This document shows positions 57,860 to 64,000 of a stretch of 64,000 bases of DNA, one piece after another; position 1 is the stretch's first letter, and every line of letters begins with the position of its first letter. Made by a program: the position numbers and the translations under genes. The stretch spans positions 448,001-512,000 of the forward strand of contig CAWBAT010000005.1 in NCBI GenBank assembly GCA_963786955.1, in the 5' to 3' direction. The notes beneath the pieces are model-generated. The model saw only the letters and a program-made list of their open reading frames with translations. It had not been told where the DNA came from and did not search any database. The stretch is from an uncultured Acidimicrobiia bacterium (GTDB lineage: Bacteria > Acidobacteriota > Terriglobia > Versatilivoradales > Versatilivoraceae).

Positions 57860-60800
57860 TTAATAGACCAATGATTTTCCCATCACCCGCATCGTTAGGA
57901 TCTCATGGGGTTTGATCATGACCTCCACTCCATCCGCCGCCACCATCAACTCGGACTGGTTCTCTTCCACGGCATTGGTCCGCCAGGCCTTTTGCACTTT
58001 CAACAGCGGGAAGGCAACGCGGGTAGAGACTTCCCGTCCGCCCACTTCGAGGAGGCGGACGATGGTCCCCTGACCATCCTCGGCAGCCTTCCAATTCTCC
58101 ACCACGACATTGGGGGCCTCGAGTTTCAGGAAGCTCACGGGATCCGGCTTGAGCGGAGTGTCCGGATTGCCAAACTTATCAAAGCCCTGCAGTACGCCGA
58201 ACTCGAGAGGTGTCATCGCAGCGCGTCCAAAACGGGCCAGCCGTTCTGGCGAGAGTTCTCGATCGCTGGTTAGCATATAGCGGTAGGTGTAGTCACCTCC
58301 CTGAACACGACGAAAATTGGTATGCCAATAGTTGTTGATGACGTAGGAGAAAACCGAAGAGCTCTTGGGCGCAAATGTCTCGGGCCAGGTTCCCCTGTTG
58401 ATGTCACCGAGCGTGACCAATGGCGCATCCACTGGTACCAGCCCGATAGCGATCTCCGGATTGCTCACTTTCATCCAATGCTGCACCGTAAACCACTCCA
58501 GACAGGCGCCTTTAAGCATGTTATGAGCCGGATTCACCCACCCGTTTTGAATTTCGTAATCAAAAGCCGGCCGGTCGACGGCAAAAGGAAAGGCAAAGTA
58601 AACCCCTTCTTTGTTGCGTGAAGGCTCTTTGTGAAGCCGATTGATGAACTCAATCTTCTTCTCGTTATCGAAGAGAATGATCTCTGTCTCAATGGATGCC
58701 CCAACTCCCCTATTTTCCAGCAACAGTGTCTGACCAAAAGAGGTCTTGTGTAATCGCCCCGGTTTACCGGTTCCGGAGGCGGCGCTCACCGTTAACTTGG
58801 CCAATGGGAGACTCTTACGCAAATTGACAATCTGGGTTGCTGTTTCATCCCCTCCCGAGACATAGAGATATTGGTTTAGACGGTACGAACTGGCCGAATC
58901 AACCAATTCGCGGTTCAGTTGTTTGTCGAATAGGCTTCGAACTACCCCCAGGGAAGGATCGACTTCGATTCGATAAAAAGCATTTTCAACGCGATCGGCT
59001 GAAACGGGCTGGGGTTCATCCGCTTTCTTCTCTTCGCTTCCTTCTGCTTTGGACACCGCGTAGCATTTATAGCCAAGTGACGGAACGGCCTGGGCCAAAA
59101 AACGGATATGAGAGTATTCCTTCTCTTGGCGGAGAATCTCGAAGGGAACCACCGATAGGTTTGGGTATTCCCTTAGCACCATGCCATTTTCAAGGTCACC
59201 CTCCACCAATTCACTTCGCGGCCAGTTCAACGGATTAAACACAACAACCGCAGGCGCAGGCATTCGGATCTGATAGGCCAGTTGACTGAACGATTGATCG
59301 AGAATTCCATTCACCATTTCTCTTCCATCCAGTACCAGATGGTCTTTGGTGACGAGCTGACGAACACTTTGTTCGTGCTCGGGTCGAGTGTAAGAGCCCC
59401 AGGATGTCCAGGTGTGCTCTGAAAAGAGAACTAGGTCAGACCACATCCGCCGGATTTTCCCCGCCGGGGGCGCGAGATTCTGCTGGACGAACGTCGCCAG
59501 AGTAGAAAGTTTTTCTGCTGAAGTGGCCCGCTGCTGGTTTGACCGGTCAATGGCTCCATACCAGGCATCTGTGCCTATTCCGTCTTCCCAGTAGGGCCCG
59601 CCGTCCCCGACGACTGTTTCCAGCGAGGAGGCGAAATTCTTTTCAACATATTTCATATAATCGGGGAAAGTAGAAAGTACCAGCTTCGGATAGGCATATT
59701 GCAAATTCCACTGCGTGACAAATTCAGGAGTTCCGGCGACCAGATCCGTATTTTCAGCTTGGGCACCGTACATCAGAACGGCATCCGGCTTGTAAGCAGG
59801 CGATTGGTAAGCCTGAAGAAAGGTGGGGATAGAATGGCGTGCGGCAGCGATCTGGGGGGGAAGGCCGCAGATAAACCAAAGATGCGCATACTGACGGCTA
59901 TACGACATCAAGATCTTGTTGCCGTCCGGTCCTTGCCACCAGAAGGGTGATTTTTCATTCCAGCGTCCATAGAGCAAGATGGGCCCACGATCATTGTTGC
60001 TCGCGGCCACAAAGTACTTTAGCCCTAAGGCATTCAGGATTGACGCATACGACCAGGAGTAGCTTGGGATATCTGTAATCGTGGTGTACTCAAAAGGCAG
60101 GCCATACTCCCGGTGCAGGGAGTGGGCATAAGAAGCAGAACGGATCAACACTTCCAACGAAGCGTACCCCGTGAGTAAACTTGCATCCATTGCGGGGACA
60201 GCAATTTTCCCTTCGCTTACAAGCGCCAGCAGGTTTTTCTTCGCAGCCTCGTTTCGTGTGGCCAGGTACTGTTGAACAATCCAAGAGCCATCCAAACTAA
60301 AGCGCATCTCCGGGAAGTGACTGATCTGATCCAGTATTTTGTCGACACCTCGATTTTGTACCTCCGCTACCTTCGATTGATAATCGGTGTACCCGATGTC
60401 GAGGTGCTGGTGGGGGGTCACAAAGATCGTCCATTTACGCTTGGGCTCAAGAATGATTGGAAACTTCTGGGTCTTTCCGTCGAGTTGAAGTTTAACCAGA
60501 GCTGGCGTAGCCGGTAGGAATTCGGGAACATCAAAAGCAAACCGCTGCTGTCCAAAGTCCTGGTCGGTTGAGAGTCGGGCTTGAAATTGTTGCCTTCCCA
60601 CCGTGAAAAGAAGATTGCCGCTCCGGATCTTCCCCGGAAGATTGACCGTGACAACCGTCTGTTCACGAAGCGGATCTCTTCCCGTATAAAGTACTGTTGG
60701 CTCTACGGACACTCCGGGTGACGGACCACGCGCTGGCAATGGTTCTTCACTGAGGCGCAGGGCGTCGTAGGTTATGAACGATTCGCCATCCCCCTCCGCA

Positions 60801-61330
60801 GGGTCGTCGAGGGCCGTCAACACCAACTTGTTCTCTCCGGCATGCACCACTTTGGAGGGAAGATCGATTTCCAGCTGATCACTTGCATAGATGGGAGAGA
60901 AAGCCCAACCGTCTCCAGGGTAGTTATTTAGCCTTCGATTGAAATAATAAACGCCGGACTTGCCATTGATCTCGACCTGCAATTGCGGCACCCGATTGTT
61001 GTAAAGGAGCGCGGAAATGGTCAATCGGCAAACTCCTTGGGGAATCTGGGAGAGGCTAAACAAGATGGTAATAGGATGGGCCCGCGCCCCAGAAGATTTG
61101 TTTTGGGAGCCAGGCTGCCGCCCAGGCCAATCCTGCAAGGCGGCGCTTTGGCCGATCGTGAAAACGGGGTTGATTTTCGGATTCGAGAGATCGATCTGAT
61201 TATTAAATTCACCCGACGACTGATCGAATTTCCCGATTTCCCACAGGGGATTTTGGGCCACAAGCACATTTCCAAAAAGGAGAATGTGGAATGACAGAGC
61301 CACAGTCATGAAGAATGAAGAACGGTGCAT
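57860..61330 (-). CDS. GH38 alpha-mannosidase-like enzyme with N-terminal PL4 domain III-like module
   Basis: Signal peptide; LWEIGKFDQSSGEF..TYDALRL N-module; HQHLDIGYTD, TDIPSYSW, PFWWQGPDG, EHTW, VFNPLNWPR and NNYWHTNF. Confidence 0.85.
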   Translation of the reverse strand: MHRSSFFMTVALSFHILLFGNVLVAQNPLWEIGKFDQSSGEFNNQIDLSNPKINPVFTIGQSAALQDWPGRQPGSQNKSSGARAHPITILFSLSQIPQGVCRLTISALLYNNRVPQLQVEINGKSGVYYFNRRLNNYPGDGWAFSPIYASDQLEIDLPSKVVHAGENKLVLTALDDPAEGDGESFITYDALRLSEEPLPARGPSPGVSVEPTVLYTGRDPLREQTVVTVNLPGKIRSGNLLFTVGRQQFQARLSTDQDFGQQRFAFDVPEFLPATPALVKLQLDGKTQKFPIILEPKRKWTIFVTPHQHLDIGYTDYQSKVAEVQNRGVDKILDQISHFPEMRFSLDGSWIVQQYLATRNEAAKKNLLALVSEGKIAVPAMDASLLTGYASLEVLIRSASYAHSLHREYGLPFEYTTITDIPSYSWSYASILNALGLKYFVAASNNDRGPILLYGRWNEKSPFWWQGPDGNKILMSYSRQYAHLWFICGLPPQIAAARHSIPTFLQAYQSPAYKPDAVLMYGAQAENTDLVAGTPEFVTQWNLQYAYPKLVLSTFPDYMKYVEKNFASSLETVVGDGGPYWEDGIGTDAWYGAIDRSNQQRATSAEKLSTLATFVQQNLAPPAGKIRRMWSDLVLFSEHTWTSWGSYTRPEHEQSVRQLVTKDHLVLDGREMVNGILDQSFSQLAYQIRMPAPAVVVFNPLNWPRSELVEGDLENGMVLREYPNLSVVPFEILRQEKEYSHIRFLAQAVPSLGYKCYAVSKAEGSEEKKADEPQPVSADRVENAFYRIEVDPSLGVVRSLFDKQLNRELVDSASSYRLNQYLYVSGGDETATQIVNLRKSLPLAKLTVSAASGTGKPGRLHKTSFGQTLLLENRGVGASIETEIILFDNEKKIEFINRLHKEPSRNKEGVYFAFPFAVDRPAFDYEIQNGWVNPAHNMLKGACLEWFTVQHWMKVSNPEIAIGLVPVDAPLVTLGDINRGTWPETFAPKSSSVFSYVINNYWHTNFRRVQGGDYTYRYMLTSDRELSPERLARFGRAAMTPLEFGVLQGFDKFGNPDTPLKPDPVSFLKLEAPNVVVENWKAAEDGQGTIVRLLEVGGREVSTRVAFPLLKVQKAWRTNAVEENQSELMVAADGVEVMIKPHEILTMRVMGKSLVY

Positions 61331-61541
61331 GGATCGCCTCCTTTCAAGATCTCCTCTTCAGCCAAGCATGTTTTTTTCCGGTCGAAAGTCAAGCTGGAAG
61401 GTGGGTAATCTAGTTTGTTTATTCACTCTTCGAATTACACCCATTCCCTGCTAGGATACATTTCTATTGATAGTCCGTCGTTCGATTTCCCCGACAAAAT
61501 GGGTTTAAATCACAGGGCTGAAGAGCCTGAAAGAGGTCAGC

Positions 61542-62642
61542 TTGCGAGAGGGGACAGATACCCGATACTTTGTGGAAGCCGCCGCAAAAGTGCTCGAAGT
61601 TTTGGAAAGCTTTGACAGCTACGAAGAAGAACTTACGGCCAGCGAAGTTGCGCGTCGAGCCGGGATTCCCTATAGCTCTGCTTTCAGGTTGCTGTATACC
61701 CTGGAAAAGCGTGGCTACGTCACCCGGCGTCCCGGCCGGAAGAAATATATGCGAACACCGATGCGGAAACACTACCGGATCGGCTACGCGGCTCTCGACA
61801 ATAGCGTGATGTTCTCGGATACGATCTCCCGGGGCATCGTGGTCGCCGCCCGGGATGCTGGGGTCGACTTAATCATGAAGGATAATGGATTAAATCCCCA
61901 GAAGGCTCTTACCAATGTAGACATGCTGCTTCAAGAAAAAGTCCAACTGCTGGTTATTTACCAACGCGACGAGGTTGTCGCTCATCTGATTGCAGCCAAG
62001 TGTCACGAGGCTAAAGTCCCGCTGATCGCTCTCAATTTTGCACATCCTGGAGCTTACTATTTCGGAGGAAACAATTATCTGGCAGGTCAATTGGCCGCCA
62101 CTTTCTTGTGCGACTACGCAAGAAAGCATTGGAAGGGAAAGGCAGACAAAGTCCTGATACTAGCTGCCAAGGGACGCGGATCCACGCAAGAACTGCGGAA
62201 AAGGGGGATAAGAGCCACCCTGAGCAAAGGACTTAAGACTCTCCGTCCCCATGATCTCGTCGAAGCCCCGCCCGGGTTCACGTCTCAGGACGGCTACCGC
62301 GAAACCAACTCCTTCCTCAAACGATCCGCTGGTCAACCGAAGCGGATCCTGATCGCAGCCCTTTCTGACTTCCTGGCCATTGGCGCTTCAAAAGCCGTGG
62401 AAAAGCTTGGCTTGGGCAGAACTACGGCGATTGTGGGGACCGGGGCAGCCCGGGATGCCCGCAACATCATCTCACGCGGTGGATCGTTCCGGGCATCGGT
62501 GGCCTACTTTCCGGAGAGCTATGGAGAACGAATCATCACCCTAGCCCTCAAAGTTCTCACCGGGGAAGATGTCCCTTTGACCTCTTACACGAATCACGTG
62601 GTCCTCACCCCCTCCAACATTAAAGACTATTATCCGCAGTAG
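61542..62642 (+). CDS. Transcriptional regulator: IclR-type HTH fused to a periplasmic-binding-protein-like sugar-binding domain
   Basis: LTASEVARRAGIPYSSAFRLLYTLEKRGYV, then RIGYA, FGGNNYLAG and SVAYFPESYG. Confidence 0.85.
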   Translation: MREGTDTRYFVEAAAKVLEVLESFDSYEEELTASEVARRAGIPYSSAFRLLYTLEKRGYVTRRPGRKKYMRTPMRKHYRIGYAALDNSVMFSDTISRGIVVAARDAGVDLIMKDNGLNPQKALTNVDMLLQEKVQLLVIYQRDEVVAHLIAAKCHEAKVPLIALNFAHPGAYYFGGNNYLAGQLAATFLCDYARKHWKGKADKVLILAAKGRGSTQELRKRGIRATLSKGLKTLRPHDLVEAPPGFTSQDGYRETNSFLKRSAGQPKRILIAALSDFLAIGASKAVEKLGLGRTTAIVGTGAARDARNIISRGGSFRASVAYFPESYGERIITLALKVLTGEDVPLTSYTNHVVLTPSNIKDYYPQ

Positions 62643-62646
62643 ACCG

Positions 62647-62859
62647 AATTTCGATGGTCCAAGGTCTAAAGTCAAAGGTCGAACGTCCAAAATCGAATTT
62701 CGAAGGTTCAGGGTCGAAGATCCAAGGTCAATGCTCGAAGGTCAAAAAGACTATGGGCGGAATTAGAAAAACAAAGAAGATTATTGGACCTTTGACCTTA
62801 GACTTTGGACTTTAGGCCTCGGACCTTCGACCTTCCAATCGGGACCTTGGACCTTCGAC
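62647..62859. repeat. Inverted pair of heptamer tandem arrays
   Basis: ~14 x AAGGTCN-like (62647-62744), ~40-bp spacer, ~10 x NGACCTT-like (62786-62859). Confidence 0.85.
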
Positions 62860-62916
62860 GAGAAGAGTAATTTAATCGGACAATGAACAATTGGTCTATT
62901 TCTTTCGCATGCTTGA

Positions 62917-62946
62917 TTGACAGTTTCTAGCCAGCAAGAATACATT
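62917..62946 (+). promoter_or_regulatory. Candidate sigma-70 promoter
   Basis: TTGACA-18 bp-TACATT upstream of 63016. Confidence 0.45.
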
Positions 62947-63015
62947 TCAAGTAGTATCTCTATGGGGAAAGCGCGATCGAGGACGGGAATTCCTTAAGTC
63001 AACAGGAGAGACCGA

Positions 63016-63861
63016 ATGCTTTATCCAGTCGATCAGGTCAGAAACTTCGTGACCAAGATAAACCACCCTGAGGGGCTGGCCGTGGGACGTGATGGAACAC
63101 TCTATGCGGGAGGAGAAGCGGGTGAAGTGTATCGCATCTCCCCCGACGGGAAGAAGGTCGAAACCATTGCAAACACGGGAGGCTTTTGTCTGGGGATCAC
63201 CCTGGATCAAGAAGAAAATATTTTTATCTGCGATATGGACAAGCACGCCGTGCTGAAAGTGACCCCAAAGGGCAAGGTGAAGATTTACGCAGATTCCGCC
63301 CACGGACGCAAATTCAGGTGCCCCAATTTCAGCGTCTTTGATTCGACAGGGAATCTCTACGTCAGCGATTCAGGAGAATGGAAACAAGGATCTGGGGTGG
63401 TTTATCGCATAGCACCCAACGGAAAGACTTCTCTATTCTCAGCCGGACCTTTTCACTTTACTAATGGCCTGGCACTCGATGCGCGGGAACAGTATCTTTA
63501 TGTCGTCGAGAGCAATTTGAATCGAGTCCTGCGCATTGGAATCAGGCCTGACGGCAGCGCCGACCGGCCGGAGGTTTTTATCGATGGAATCGAGCGCGGT
63601 CCTGACGGGCTGGCCTTTGACGTTCATGGAGATTTGTACGTCACTACTTACGCGACCAATTGTATTTACCGGGTCACTCAGGACCGCAGGGTCAGTCTGG
63701 TGTGCCGGGATTTAGAAAATTTGTTGTTATGCCAGCCGACCAATTGTGCCTTCGGAGGTCCACGCTTCGATCAGTTGTTTTTGTCCAACCTGGGTCGTGA
63801 CCATATCTCTGTTCTTGATCTCAAGATAAAAGGGCAGCCGCTTTGGCATCACCGGGTATGA
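63016..63861 (+). CDS. SMP-30/gluconolactonase/LRE family protein
   Basis: HPEGLAV, CPNF, TNGLAL, PDGLAFD and PTNCAFGG propeller motifs. Confidence 0.88.
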   Translation: MLYPVDQVRNFVTKINHPEGLAVGRDGTLYAGGEAGEVYRISPDGKKVETIANTGGFCLGITLDQEENIFICDMDKHAVLKVTPKGKVKIYADSAHGRKFRCPNFSVFDSTGNLYVSDSGEWKQGSGVVYRIAPNGKTSLFSAGPFHFTNGLALDAREQYLYVVESNLNRVLRIGIRPDGSADRPEVFIDGIERGPDGLAFDVHGDLYVTTYATNCIYRVTQDRRVSLVCRDLENLLLCQPTNCAFGGPRFDQLFLSNLGRDHISVLDLKIKGQPLWHHRV

Positions 63862-64000
63862 GTGCCATTCCCTGAATTCTGACAGGGAAAACCAACCTTC
63901 TTCCCTTCTGGACCTCGAATAGAAGTCAGCAAAAATTCTTTTCCAAAATGGTAAGGAAGAATAAACCGTCAAGAAAGCTCCACGGGAGTTTAGAATGACC

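Noticed and set aside
61455-61470. ATACATTTC shared with 62940-62948 as a regulator site
   Set aside because: A 9-bp AT-rich, non-palindromic match; insufficient evidence.
62647-62859. CRISPR array
   Set aside because: Degenerate 7-bp tandem units without unique spacers; no cas genes.

Overview
Bacterial DNA, most likely Acidobacteriota. This is inferred from the carboxypeptidase-domain/Oar-type TonB receptor, the CRTAC1 (ASPIC/UnbV) proteins, the IclR-HTH+sugar-binding regulator and the DUF1501/DUF1549/DUF1553 modules. The first ~5.9 kb holds ordinary genes (HEAT repeat, amidohydrolase, Thr/Ser dehydratase, MFS, MOSC), all broken by single-base indels that are probably read errors, followed by an intact fdhA. 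About 7.4-63.9 kb looks like a large glycan-utilisation region without SusD: a TonB-dependent receptor, 3 exported TPR proteins, 2 CRTAC1 proteins, 2 GH38, a GH42, a GH2-GATase-like fusion, an (alpha/alpha)6 glycosidase, an unknown exported protein, 2 DUF1501+DUF1549/1553 modules and 2 regulators. It also has a cytoplasmic catabolic operon (class II aldolase, lyxose/mannose isomerase, MDR dehydrogenase, RraA aldolase, E2/E1alpha/E1beta, PfkB kinase) in which several enzymes carry non-canonical active-site residues, suggesting an uncharacterised sugar pathway. The spacers carry many small repeat elements: a decaying GxxExxY tandem array bounded by ~10-bp repeats, two inverted heptamer arrays, MITE-like elements wrapping REP doublets (one apparently in-frame in a TPR gene, two inside a GH42 remnant) and several REP palindromes. 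No rRNA, tRNA or CRISPR array was seen. All family calls come from motif recognition by eye, not from database searches.
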